Shown here one piece after another: positions 1-9,151 of a stretch of 64,000 nucleotides of DNA. Source of the DNA: a virus. Its lineage: Duplodnaviria; Heunggongvirae; Uroviricota; Caudoviricetes. The notes under the pieces were generated by a model. It was given only the letters and a program-made list of their open reading frames with translations, had not been told where the DNA came from and did not search any database. Each line of letters begins with the position of its first letter. Position 1 is the stretch's first letter. The position numbers and the translations under genes were made by a program. The stretch lies in IMG/VR virus record IMGVR_UViG_3300033066_001908, one strand, 5' to 3'.

Positions 1-882
1 GACCCCAAGACCCTCACGACATAGGACAGGTTTACCGCAAGCAATGCCTTCAATCAGCGTCTGGCCGAAGGATTCCTGCTTGGATCCAGTGAAGATCAGG
101 TCGGCGCCAGCGTATACGTCACCCACGTTCTCAATTGGAGCGTGGAAGAAGACGCGCTCGTTACCTTTCATTTCTTCCACCAGCCAGTTCGCCGGTGAAC
201 CAGTCGTGTCGGCGCCGTACATGACGCCCAAGTGGTGATAATCGGTCGTTCGCAGCACATAGGGTAACAGACCTGGGCACTTCTCGGGTGTGTGTCGATC
301 GAGACACGCCGTAACAAAATGCCCAGACCCAGCGCGCCAGAACTTTCGCACATTGTCCCGTCCCGCAGGAGAAGCGCAACGGTCCCAGGACAAACCTGAG
401 TGGATTACCGTTGGTTCCAGACCCACACGACGGAATGGTTCTGCCGCAGCTTCAGAGACAGCTGCGGTTGCTGCCAACTGTTTGGTCGTCCCGTTGCCTG
501 GATACCACCAGGTTGAATGGGAAACCAGAACAACCGGAATGCCCTTCTTGTGGAACCAGTCGAGATGCTGATCCAATTCCCAAGCGATCACGACATCGGG
601 ATTGTCTAGCGCGCGGAAGGCATCTTCCGGCTGGAAGTGTGTTGTAACCACATCAGCTACATCAAAAGCGGCCGACCAGGACGCTGCGTACCAGCAATGA
701 AGTGGCATCAGTCGCCCGAGTCTCGCCGCACAACTCGGATCGATGGCTCGCGGACCTGTGATCAGCGCACCACACCAGGTGATACGCTGAACTTCTGTGT
801 TGGCCGCCAGGTCACGAATCCAATGAAAGACCCCGTTCTGTACAAGATTGGGGGTCACGAAGGCCACTTTAAGTGGTCGCAT
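1..882 (-). CDS. Glycosyltransferase family 4 (GT-B fold); 3' end runs off window edge (partial)
   Basis: Manual minus-strand translation from ATG at 882 (SD-like AAAGG 6 nt upstream): MRPLKVAFVTPNLVQNGVFHW... ...FTGSKQESFGQTLIEGIACGKPVLCREGLGV. This is the classic GT4 C-terminal E..FG..IEA.ACG.PV motif. It is absent from the ORF track because there is no stop codon inside the window. Confidence 0.6.
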   Translation of the reverse strand, partial: MRPLKVAFVTPNLVQNGVFHWIRDLAANTEVQRITWCGALITGPRAIDPSCAARLGRLMPLHCWYAASWSAAFDVADVVTTHFQPEDAFRALDNPDVVIAWELDQHLDWFHKKGIPVVLVSHSTWWYPGNGTTKQLAATAAVSEAAAEPFRRVGLEPTVIHSGLSWDRCASPAGRDNVRKFWRAGSGHFVTACLDRHTPEKCPGLLPYVLRTTDYHHLGVMYGADTTGSPANWLVEEMKGNERVFFHAPIENVGDVYAGADLIFTGSKQESFGQTLIEGIACGKPVLCREGLGV

Positions 883-883
883 G

Positions 884-1096
884 TCAGCCTTTCAAGAAGC
901 GCCAGAGGCCGTAGATTGCAAGACCCCAAACAGCCAGACAGAACAGTCCACAGCAGATCCAGAACCCAACCACCACGTACGGATTTGCCGGCACGTAGTC
1001 AGGATCTTCAAACTTGTTCCGCGGAACACGAACTACCATTGCGATACTCCTATGGTCCCATTCGTTCTCGATCACACGCTTCTTTGATTTCAGCAA
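884..1096 (-). CDS. Small protein with C-terminal hydrophobic helix (hypothetical)
   Basis: 70-aa ORF with C-terminal VVVGFWICCGLFCLAVWGLAIYGLW. The track start is TTG. Its stop abuts the GT4 start (TGAcATG). Confidence 0.3.
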   Translation of the reverse strand: MLKSKKRVIENEWDHRSIAMVVRVPRNKFEDPDYVPANPYVVVGFWICCGLFCLAVWGLAIYGLWRFLKG

Positions 1097-1778
1097 AGGC
1101 TTCCATCACTAATGGGCGTAACGCCAACTTCCGTGTTGGATCTTCGTTATAAACCCGTAATGCTGAGGCGTTCTTGTCGTTGAATTCCTGCACTGCAGCG
1201 CGCAAGCTCTCTGGGATATCCAGACGTTCGTCCATGCCCTCGTAGCCATCTTCGGTCAATCGCTCGATCGCGTTGTCGATGTCCAGCAGTTTTAACTCTT
1301 CCTTGCAGCAAAAAGCAAACTCGGGGATCCGTTCGGGATCGAACTTCCCTTCACTGTCGAAATAGTCATCGCTGTCCACGATCGAATCGACCAAATGGTT
1401 GATGTCCGAGTGGTAATGATCCCCGTAGTCACCACTGGGTCCGTTTTCACAATAGACTGGCCCCTCGTAGTCGGTGACCAGGGTGGCCTTCTCGATCTGC
1501 CGCTGTAGTCGTTCGGCCTGTTGCTGCCGGTAATGCTCGCTATCACAATCACCACACATGCCGGTGTTACGGAACGTCCTGTCCAGGATCTCTTTTCCAC
1601 ATTGCGGACAGATAGGTGTTTTACAACAGGCCTCCGCACCTTCCTTGGTGTTCAGCGGTTCGTCTTCCTTCATGCGTCCATATGGACCCAATGGGAGAAC
1701 ACGAATCTTGCGACACTTGCCGCAGCACCACACTCCGGTGGGCTTGCCGTTTTCATTGAACAGTTCGAATGCGTCCAT
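1050..1778 (-). CDS. Cys-rich zinc-ribbon protein (hypothetical)
   Basis: 242-aa ORF with multiple CxxC pairs (CCGKCRK, CPQCGK, CGDCDSEH) and an acidic C-terminal half. Confidence 0.5.
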   Translation of the reverse strand: MDAFELFNENGKPTGVWCCGKCRKIRVLPLGPYGRMKEDEPLNTKEGAEACCKTPICPQCGKEILDRTFRNTGMCGDCDSEHYRQQQAERLQRQIEKATLVTDYEGPVYCENGPSGDYGDHYHSDINHLVDSIVDSDDYFDSEGKFDPERIPEFAFCCKEELKLLDIDNAIERLTEDGYEGMDERLDIPESLRAAVQEFNDKNASALRVYNEDPTRKLALRPLVMEAFAEIKEACDRERMGP

Positions 1779-2888
1779 TTACAAAACTTTCACGGCACCG
1801 GAGAAGCCTTGCTCTTCGTAAGTCATCAACTCCGGGTGCTCTTTGGTGTATTGTTCGTGGAATGCCTCCCAGGCCTTCCACAGATCTTGTGTTGCCAACA
1901 TGTAGGACATTCGTGGACGTTCCCCTTTAACTTCGTCAAATGAAGCCTCATAGGAGCCGCCCATCTGCCCGCCGATCGATGCCACATGAATCGATTTGCC
2001 ATCAGGACCATCATTAGACACGTCCACGATGCAGTCTGCAAACTTGAACTTCATAAAGCCCTTTGACATGCCGGGCCGCATCTCGATTCGGATCGGTACA
2101 CGCAGCTCGCCCACGATATCGCCGTAGGTTGGACCGCCGTCCGGTTCTTTCGGGACGTTGGCGTGGAACTCGTTATCTGTGCCTTCCTGCCGGCGCTTCT
2201 CGCGGAGTGCTTCACGTTCTGCCTTCTGGCGTTTGCGGCTTAGTTCCTCGGCCGACTCTTCGATCTCCTGCATTAGGATGACATCGTCAATGTCCGGAAC
2301 ATCCTCAACAGGTTCTTCAGGAAGTTCTTCTTCCGGTTCTTCCTCTGGCTCATCGCACCCAAGCATCTTGTTGCGTAAACGTCGATGACTCAGGGAGATC
2401 TCTTCTTGGGCCTCGATCAATGCAGTGAGTTCTGGCGTCTCTTCCGGCGCAGCGGTCATACCAAGCCAGGCCCGGACCTTGACCCAGAACTGCTCATCTG
2501 AATAGTCCCAGGTCACCACGTTCTGCGGATTAGGCGGCTCGTCAGCATCGTCACGTTCGCCAGCCGGCATAGCGTCATAAATGGCGTTCTTATACCAGGA
2601 CTCAGTATGTTTGGACCACAAGACAAACAATGTGCTCGGGCGGTTGTTGATCAGCTTCATCAGCTCGTGTCCGCAACGCTCAGCACCTTGTCCGAAGCCT
2701 ACGCCCAAGCCGCCGAAATCAGTCACCAAGACAGCCGTGCGTTTCATGGTCTCCAGATGGCGTACATCGTGTTCGATGAACTCGCACTCAGCACCGCAGT
2801 TCTTTAGGAATTCGACTTTAACGTCTGCGATTTCCTGCTCTTGGCTTGTCATCATGCTGGCATCGTCCAGCGCAATCGTGATCCGCAT
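1779..2888 (-). CDS. Hypothetical protein with acidic Glu/Pro-rich linker
   Basis: 369-aa ORF. The N-terminal ~150 aa are globular (AVLVTDFGGLGVGFGQGAERCGHE), followed by an EPEEEPEEELPEEPVED linker and a C-terminal domain. Confidence 0.5.
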   Translation of the reverse strand: MRITIALDDASMMTSQEQEIADVKVEFLKNCGAECEFIEHDVRHLETMKRTAVLVTDFGGLGVGFGQGAERCGHELMKLINNRPSTLFVLWSKHTESWYKNAIYDAMPAGERDDADEPPNPQNVVTWDYSDEQFWVKVRAWLGMTAAPEETPELTALIEAQEEISLSHRRLRNKMLGCDEPEEEPEEELPEEPVEDVPDIDDVILMQEIEESAEELSRKRQKAEREALREKRRQEGTDNEFHANVPKEPDGGPTYGDIVGELRVPIRIEMRPGMSKGFMKFKFADCIVDVSNDGPDGKSIHVASIGGQMGGSYEASFDEVKGERPRMSYMLATQDLWKAWEAFHEQYTKEHPELMTYEEQGFSGAVKVL

Positions 2889-2904
2889 AACAGACTCCAG
2901 AAAC

Positions 2905-2930
2905 GAAAAAAGCCAGGCTTTCGCCTGGCT
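2905..2930 (-). terminator. Rho-independent terminator after the Gly-rich protein gene
   Basis: Perfect hairpin AGCCAGGC-TTTC-GCCTGGCT (2911-2930). The plus-strand A5 run at 2906-2910 gives a U-tract on the minus transcript. Confidence 0.55.
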
Positions 2931-2948
2931 TGTTGGTTGAAAGATGAT

Positions 2949-4832
2949 TTAGAACTCACCGCCGCCACCGGAACTACCTTGATCAGACCATTCCGGTTTC
3001 GCTGTTGGTGCCGCACCATTCATGTGACCTGTCAACGCTGGCACGCTCTTGTCGAATGCACCCTGGTACATGTACGGGATCTGTGCCCGCAACGCCTGAA
3101 TGGCCTGCAGCGGGTTCTTATTATAATCGCCAATAAACTTCTGCAGTTGTTCCGGCGATGCGTAATTTGCCAACAGTTGCACATTCTGATCTGGGATCTG
3201 CATCAGCGATTGCTTCATGGCTGCGATGCCTTCAGGCGTCGTAGCCGTTTGAGCGTAGTGCTGAGCCATCGTACCAGCGCCAGCCGGCTGACTATTGACA
3301 ACCGGAATCGAGCCTGGTTGTGCGTTTGGCTTCGGCGCGTTGATCACATCTGACAAAGGCTGTCCTTGGCTTTGAACGCCAAACATACCGCCAATTGCTT
3401 TACCCATTCCGGTATCACCAAACATACCTGCACCAGCCGCAGCCATTGCGCCACCGCCAAGCATTGCCAGCCAGGAACCAATGCCGCCCCCAGTCATGGC
3501 ACTGTACATACCGCCGAGAGCCAGCGTGCCACCGATCAGCAGCGTACCGGCCTCGACAGGATTCGAAGCGGCCCAGTTACCGAGTGCCTGCATCCAGTCG
3601 CCAGGCCCTTTGACCTCGCCGCTTTGAATCAGATGCTGCGCCAACTCTTGGCCGCCTTTACCCTGGAAGAGCTTCTGTGCCGTGTCGGGTGTGATCCCGT
3701 TCTGTTGAATGCTCTGCAGTGTCTGTTGCGCGTCGGCAATCAGTTCATCCAGTGCGACACCCTTTTCAGCTGCTGTAAAAGCGGCCCGTTGCATCAATAC
3801 CGTCTTCGCTGATTGCAGATCCACCGGTTTACCCGATTGGGCCTGTGCCATCAGATCCGCTTCCGCTTTTTCCATATGCGGTTGGAACATTCGGCGCGAT
3901 TCAGGATCCGCCAGCTGCTGGGCCATCTGGGTTGGCTCAGTTGAGTTGACCTGCGGAGTGTAGTTACCAAGCGTACCTTCGATCGAAGCCGGGTCAGCCT
4001 TCATGGCACCGGCTTGATTGCGAAAGTCTTGGTACAGCTTATCCCGTTGAGCTTGAACGGCTTGCCCATAACGACCACCAGAGGCCTGGTTGTCTTGCCA
4101 TTGTGTACGCATTTGGTTGACTTCGTGCATACCCTGATCGAACTGACTCTGCAGATCGTTGAAGTTGTTCACGTTCGGCTGAATCTGTTGCTTAAACGTT
4201 GGACCTCCGGCGCCGAAGGCCTGCTGCCCACGTTGCACAAGGCCGCCGGCGGCCCCACCAAGCGACGGCATACCAACTTGAGTCATCGTCGCACTGGTCA
4301 GTGGTGTGGCCAGAGAACCGCCGAAGCCGCCCCTGAGCCCGCCAGATCGCGCGCCTTGGAAGCCCGAGAGAGCCCCCAGACCGCCTTCCGTGACCGCACC
4401 AGAAATACCGCCTTCCTGATAACCGTGCATCGCACCAAGCCCACCGCCAAGTGCGGCAGATCCGGCCTGCAGACGCCCAGGCGTCACGGTACTTTTCAAA
4501 CCGCCAGCAGCGCGACTGAGCAAACCGGGCGCACCAGCAGCGGCAGAAGGTGCCGCAGTGGGCGCCGCTTTGGCGCCCATGCCAAACAAACTCTTACCGG
4601 CACCCCACAGTTTTGGGCCAACAGCTTTCAATCCTTGGCCCACTGCACCCCAGAAAGCGGTCTTCTGGAACTCCACAAGTTCTTCCCGCACAGCAGGAAA
4701 TGTCGCAGCGGCACGCTTAAGGCAGCCAAATGCCGCTTCATCGTCCAAACCCTGATCCAGACACGCCTGCCCGAATCCGGACAGAAATGGACGTTCGGCA
4801 GCGCACAGACGTTGAACGAAATCGGTAGACAT
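2949..4832 (-). CDS. Gly/Ala/Gln-rich low-complexity protein with glycine-zipper runs; possibly virion-associated or membrane-active
   Basis: 627-aa ORF. It has long GxxxG/GGxGG tracts (GGLGAMHGYQEGGISGAVTEGGLGALSGFQGARSGGLRGGFGG; GGMYSAMTGGGIGSWLAMLGGGAMAAAGAGMFGDTGMGKAIGGMFG) and a Q-rich central region. No catalytic motif was seen. It is followed by a strong terminator. Confidence 0.5.
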   Translation of the reverse strand: MSTDFVQRLCAAERPFLSGFGQACLDQGLDDEAAFGCLKRAAATFPAVREELVEFQKTAFWGAVGQGLKAVGPKLWGAGKSLFGMGAKAAPTAAPSAAAGAPGLLSRAAGGLKSTVTPGRLQAGSAALGGGLGAMHGYQEGGISGAVTEGGLGALSGFQGARSGGLRGGFGGSLATPLTSATMTQVGMPSLGGAAGGLVQRGQQAFGAGGPTFKQQIQPNVNNFNDLQSQFDQGMHEVNQMRTQWQDNQASGGRYGQAVQAQRDKLYQDFRNQAGAMKADPASIEGTLGNYTPQVNSTEPTQMAQQLADPESRRMFQPHMEKAEADLMAQAQSGKPVDLQSAKTVLMQRAAFTAAEKGVALDELIADAQQTLQSIQQNGITPDTAQKLFQGKGGQELAQHLIQSGEVKGPGDWMQALGNWAASNPVEAGTLLIGGTLALGGMYSAMTGGGIGSWLAMLGGGAMAAAGAGMFGDTGMGKAIGGMFGVQSQGQPLSDVINAPKPNAQPGSIPVVNSQPAGAGTMAQHYAQTATTPEGIAAMKQSLMQIPDQNVQLLANYASPEQLQKFIGDYNKNPLQAIQALRAQIPYMYQGAFDKSVPALTGHMNGAAPTAKPEWSDQGSSGGGGEF

Positions 4833-4855
4833 AGTGACCCTCCTGGTCGCGGAGT

Positions 4856-6529
4856 CTACTCATCTATTGCCAGTAGCTGCAAGCCGTTTCGGAGACGAAC
4901 TGCTCGTCGACCGAAGCCAACTGGCAGTGCCGCACGACGTTCCACTGGTGGGAAAATCCGGACACGTCCGGACATTGGCACTTCTGCCTGTGTGAGTTCT
5001 CCGACACCCTGCAGGATTCCTTCCGCGTCAAAACTAACCGTGACAAAGCGGTCGTCTGGATTTCGTGAACTCAAGTAGATCCAGGTCAACGGCTCATCTA
5101 AATTGCCCCAAACCTCACCTATCTGCGGTCCGGTCGGATCCCAGATCACGTGTTCGCGTTCTGGGAACACAGGAAATTCTTCGTGCTCCCCGCCGGCTGA
5201 GGTCACCTGATCATCCGGTAGCGCTCGCTCCCAGGCGGCCACTGTTACCAGTGCGCACACGCACCAACGCGCTTGTTCCCGATAATCGGGATTGACCCCA
5301 AGCAGTCCAAAAGGCACATCATTCGCAATGGTATGTAACAGCGCGCTGGGTATGTCCCGCCGAGAACCATTTTCGTCAATATACGCGCCACGCAAGTCCG
5401 CGTTCTCATCAATAAGCGACCAACGTGTATCAGCAAGTGCTAAGCTCATAGTCAGACTCATTTGATCGGCCGTGATGTCGTAACCGTATCCGGGCTGATT
5501 CTCCGCTGACTGCATATGCGCCTGGATACGTTGCGCGTAATCGATCTGGCCAGCCAGGATGTCCACGTCCATCAGGGAAGTAACCTCCGGCCTTGGTGGA
5601 ATGTCTCCCAGCATCGCGTGCTCGATGACAGTGTGCATCGAGACAAATGTACGTGAACTGTTATCGTGAAACACAGTCAGACTTGGTTCGTTCTGCACAG
5701 CTGTCACGGCGCCGTGGGCAGCTCGACGGCACAAATCAAACGCCGCATACTCCGGCAGCTCCGGAATGTCGCGCATCAATCGTGAAAACGAATTACACAA
5801 GGCCTGCCACAAAATGATACCGATGTGCATGCGGCGGCTCTCAGCGGTAGTGCCTGGCGAGACAACCGCACCGCTATAGATCCGCTGATATTGCTGGGTC
5901 AGTGTGACCAATTCGGAGCGGAAAATTGCAGAGAACCCCGAGTACCGATAACGATCAATGTTTGACATCGGCACAGTGTATGTCATTCCAGGGAATAACT
6001 TTCCGACCACATCGTTCGTGATGATCGTGATTGAATCATGATCGGTGTGATAGATCCGCATGGCTTGCGCCAACAGACACCATGTCGCGTCGGAGAACTG
6101 CTGCTCTGTCACCTCCGGGTTTGGCATATTGTTAGGAAGCACGACGTTTTGCACCGTCTCCATGATCCATCGCTTGTACTCATAAAACAGTTCTGGCGTG
6201 TAAAGGTCTTCACCGGAATTGTTCCGCGAGATCAGGGTGTCGCGAGCGTTCGCCGCGATAGGCTTCAGGGTGCCAACCCAGAAGTCACAAACCGTAGCGG
6301 TTGTCGCTGAATACTGCTGTGCTAATTGCGATGTGTAGTCCGGGATATTGTCAGTCAGGATACCGTCAAACCAACGTGCTGGACGTCGCGGATTCAATTG
6401 AGTGCGGTTCGGATGTTGGCTGCTTGATCGCCCTGTACGAACACCCATGTTGTATGGCGAACGTGATTCATTCAGCTGCGCCCAGGCTCCGTAAATCCTG
6501 TTCCGTACTGTTCTGGTACCATTGGTCAT
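4856..6529 (-). CDS. Hypothetical protein (557 aa)
   Basis: Long clean ORF. The first start overlaps the upstream gene by 62 nt; an internal ATG at 6448 (MGVRTGRSS) would remove the overlap. Confidence 0.5.
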   Translation of the reverse strand: MTNGTRTVRNRIYGAWAQLNESRSPYNMGVRTGRSSSQHPNRTQLNPRRPARWFDGILTDNIPDYTSQLAQQYSATTATVCDFWVGTLKPIAANARDTLISRNNSGEDLYTPELFYEYKRWIMETVQNVVLPNNMPNPEVTEQQFSDATWCLLAQAMRIYHTDHDSITIITNDVVGKLFPGMTYTVPMSNIDRYRYSGFSAIFRSELVTLTQQYQRIYSGAVVSPGTTAESRRMHIGIILWQALCNSFSRLMRDIPELPEYAAFDLCRRAAHGAVTAVQNEPSLTVFHDNSSRTFVSMHTVIEHAMLGDIPPRPEVTSLMDVDILAGQIDYAQRIQAHMQSAENQPGYGYDITADQMSLTMSLALADTRWSLIDENADLRGAYIDENGSRRDIPSALLHTIANDVPFGLLGVNPDYREQARWCVCALVTVAAWERALPDDQVTSAGGEHEEFPVFPEREHVIWDPTGPQIGEVWGNLDEPLTWIYLSSRNPDDRFVTVSFDAEGILQGVGELTQAEVPMSGRVRIFPPVERRAALPVGFGRRAVRLRNGLQLLAIDE

Positions 6530-7517
6530 CTGTTACCTCGTGTTCCTGTTGCCGCAAACGCAACGCCCTCCGGTTGCGTTGAACTGGTGGCGCTTGGGTG
6601 ATTTCGTTTATCGAGCGGATGTTTAACCGGGCCAACTCGGCACCGGGCTGCTCAGGATGTCGGTACACAAGCTCCCACCCATCGTCCAGGATCTTGTTCC
6701 TGAACTCCATTGTGTTGAAACTTTTTGGGTATTCGTCCTGGTAATCGCCGAATTCGACATGATCAGTAGCCCAGAACATGACAACATGCCAGTCATGCGG
6801 ATCCGTCGCGTTACCCCAGACGTCGCTGGGAAGTGGCTTCAACTCCAGCAACTTCGCCTGGTATGGTGTCGGTTCCACGGTGCTTGGCTGCGTACCAGGT
6901 GGAGGGTCATAGAGTAAGCCAGCAAAGCTCACCGCGTGTCCTCCTGTTTGTTCAACTGGTTGTGCTACGTCTGACATCATCTGCGCGCCGCGAACGGCAA
7001 ACTCCAAAGCGTCTTCTTCGTCATAGTCGCGAGGCCGCACGGGCGACTCCCGCTCAGCACGGCGCTGCTCACCGGCAGTCATTGGCCGATCAGGTTCTGG
7101 TCGCCACGGTTCGTTCATGTGCTCGGCCACAAAGACATCTTCCGCGCGACGCGGCTGTGATACAACGACCGGAAAACCAACCAATAGCGCGCTCTGAACC
7201 TCTTCAAAACTGTCCAACTGACGACAGATAGCTCGCGGTGAACGCTCTGTATTCGGACCCCAACTGTTGATTAGATGATGCCCGAGTACCGAGCCGTCTG
7301 TGTTGTGGACCGGAACTGATGTACCAAGAATTTCTCGCGGTACACCCAAACCAGCAGCCAACCGCTGCATGAGACTTTCCTGCATGCTTCGAAAGTCATG
7401 CCGGAGGCGGCGCGCTTCCAGTTGTGGCATTTCGCGAATAGACCGGTCCAGCAGTTCACGACTGAAATAGCCCACGTTGTCTTGAGTAATGCCCGTGTAA
7501 CTCAACGGGTTTGTCAT
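6468..7517 (-). CDS. Hypothetical protein (349 aa)
   Basis: Long ORF in the same orientation as its neighbours. No recognisable motif. Confidence 0.5.
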   Translation of the reverse strand: MTNPLSYTGITQDNVGYFSRELLDRSIREMPQLEARRLRHDFRSMQESLMQRLAAGLGVPREILGTSVPVHNTDGSVLGHHLINSWGPNTERSPRAICRQLDSFEEVQSALLVGFPVVVSQPRRAEDVFVAEHMNEPWRPEPDRPMTAGEQRRAERESPVRPRDYDEEDALEFAVRGAQMMSDVAQPVEQTGGHAVSFAGLLYDPPPGTQPSTVEPTPYQAKLLELKPLPSDVWGNATDPHDWHVVMFWATDHVEFGDYQDEYPKSFNTMEFRNKILDDGWELVYRHPEQPGAELARLNIRSINEITQAPPVQRNRRALRLRQQEHEVTDDQWYQNSTEQDLRSLGAAE

Positions 7518-7525
7518 CGTGTCAC

Positions 7526-7909
7526 CTAAACCGTCTGTAAGTTCTTGCTTCGCAGTTCATCAGCTAGGGTCAACATCGTAGCCATACTGCGATTGTTGTC
7601 GTCCGCCCACGCAATGATCTTCTGTGCCAACCCGACATAAGCATCGCCGGTGTCATAGAAGAAGCGGGTCTCATTGTATTCGGTATCACCTGGAACATCC
7701 ACCAGGAAGCCTGGAATGCCCTCAGCGTATTCGCCCTGGATTGGCAATTCTTCGTTTGCCTTTACCGCTTCAAATCGAAAGTGATCCATCCACTTCCGAA
7801 AACGATCAGTCTGCATGGCGGCTAAACAGGCATCCTTCTGTGTCGGCGCCTCTACATCATTAAACTTCTGTCGAATCTCTGCATAGACATGAACGTTAAA
7901 TAATGCCAT
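7526..7909 (-). CDS. Hypothetical protein (127 aa)
   Basis: ORF tightly packed between neighbours with a 14-nt overlap downstream. Confidence 0.45.
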   Translation of the reverse strand: MALFNVHVYAEIRQKFNDVEAPTQKDACLAAMQTDRFRKWMDHFRFEAVKANEELPIQGEYAEGIPGFLVDVPGDTEYNETRFFYDTGDAYVGLAQKIIAWADDNNRSMATMLTLADELRSKNLQTV

Positions 7910-8327
7910 CAGGAATGTCCTTGATCACGCGACCACCGATAAACAGCAGCCAGCGCATTGGATTGTTACCTAAGAAACTCGGATCAGGTGCGTATGGATC
8001 ATGAATGTAGTCAACCATCCAAGACCCTGATTCGCGGGTACGGCCGATAACGGCATGCTGTACTTCTGGAAACCGTGGACTCTGCCCACTAACAATGCAG
8101 AGCATGTGACTCGGCAATGTGATGCACCCTTCAGTGCCGTCCACTCTGGCGTCGATGTACCAGAGGCCCTGGTCCTTCAGCCACTTGTCCATGTCCTGCG
8201 GGTACGTGTCGAACTTCATCATGAAGTGCGGCACATCCTCTAGTGGCTTCTCCAATAATGAGGCCAGGCAGGCTTGAAAACAATTACCACCCGTAGGTGT
8301 AAAGTCTGTTTGATCAATAAACCACAT
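7896..8327 (-). CDS. Putative papain-like cysteine peptidase (C39-like)
   Basis: N-terminal GGNCFQACLASLL resembles the C39 catalytic Cys region (xCGxACLxM). C-terminal HAVIG...(16 aa)...DP resembles the C39 His...DP arrangement. A GAGGGA SD lies upstream of the ATG. Confidence 0.45.
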   Translation of the reverse strand: MWFIDQTDFTPTGGNCFQACLASLLEKPLEDVPHFMMKFDTYPQDMDKWLKDQGLWYIDARVDGTEGCITLPSHMLCIVSGQSPRFPEVQHAVIGRTRESGSWMVDYIHDPYAPDPSFLGNNPMRWLLFIGGRVIKDIPDGII

Positions 8328-8344
8328 GAGTCCCTCAAAACAAA

Positions 8345-8368
8345 TCGGCCACCAAAAGGTGGCCGATC
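8345..8368 (-). terminator. Stem-loop terminator/attenuator immediately upstream of the peptidase gene
   Basis: Perfect 10-bp stem ATCGGCCACC-AAAA-GGTGGCCGAT. On the minus strand it is followed by TTTGTTTT and then the SD and ATG of 7896..8327. Confidence 0.45.
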
Positions 8369-8608
8369 GTTACGAACGAGTTAGGATCCGAAGGCCACGT
8401 ACGCCCAAGGCATGTGGCTGATCGGCGTCAGGATCATCCGACTGCCCAGGATCACAATGTGCTTAATGCACTAGCGCTGTTCGTGAGTGCTGACGCGAAG
8501 TCAGGCGACTCAAGCGCGTGGGTGAGTGATCAAAGATCAAGTTGGAATCACCAACGCCTCTGTACCAGATGAACCACAGGCCTGCGAGATCGCATTTTCA
8601 GCCGACAA

Positions 8609-9151
8609 TCATTTGTGGTTTTTGTGCGGGCAAACACCGCCGTTAAGACTCCGGCCGCAGTTACAGTTAAAGCACAACAAGGCGAATCCGTCTCGTGGAA
8701 ATCCGTGCTTGCGTAACCACCTGTAGAAATTGCCGTTGATGCTTTTCCGATGTGTCGCACCGCCGCCATTCGTATGATCGATTGTCAGAAACATAGGCGT
8801 GGTTTCACCGCAACATTCACACTTACCGCCATACGCTGCAATGACGGCTTCTTTTAAGCGATCAATTGACTTTCGAGAATTTACATAACAGGTTTCGCAT
8901 TTCGACCCACGGCTCAAAGGCTTGCCACAGTGTCCGCACACGCCGACTTGACGACGTACGGCAGCTTTCTTTCGCCAACGAGTCTTTTGTACCTCACGAC
9001 AATGTGCACACATAACGAAACCATCAGTTGGTACCCTCCCGCACTTACAGAGTCCGGCGGCTTTCCGCGCTGCCGTAAGTTTATTTCGACTTTGGCGCAG
9101 ACTTTCACGTCGATGTTCAGTACGGGTAGTTGCCATAAACGTGTTCCTCAA
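8609..9151 (-). CDS. HNH endonuclease (zinc-ribbon His-Me finger)
   Basis: CGHCGK...CETC...CECCGE...LTIDHTNGGG...N...LLCFNCN. This is an HNH core (DH...N...N) flanked by CxxC pairs. Confidence 0.6.
   Translation of the reverse strand: MRNTFMATTRTEHRRESLRQSRNKLTAARKAAGLCKCGRVPTDGFVMCAHCREVQKTRWRKKAAVRRQVGVCGHCGKPLSRGSKCETCYVNSRKSIDRLKEAVIAAYGGKCECCGETTPMFLTIDHTNGGGATHRKSINGNFYRWLRKHGFPRDGFALLCFNCNCGRSLNGGVCPHKNHK

Noticed and set aside
637-1152. Plus-strand ORFs in 290-1152 (93, 78, 171, 79 aa)
   Set aside because: They lie antisense to the clearly motif-bearing GT4 gene found by manual translation of the minus strand. Arg/Pro-rich composition is typical of shadow ORFs in GC-rich coding DNA.
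2949-4832. Interpretation of the Gly-rich protein as a T7-like internal virion protein or tape measure
   Set aside because: No lysozyme or transglycosylase motif was seen, and no neighbouring portal, capsid or tail genes were recognised. Kept only as a composition-based hypothesis.
4014-5078. 354-aa plus-strand ORF
   Set aside because: It is fully antisense to the 627-aa and 557-aa minus-strand genes, and its Arg/Ser/Thr-rich low-complexity composition has no motif.
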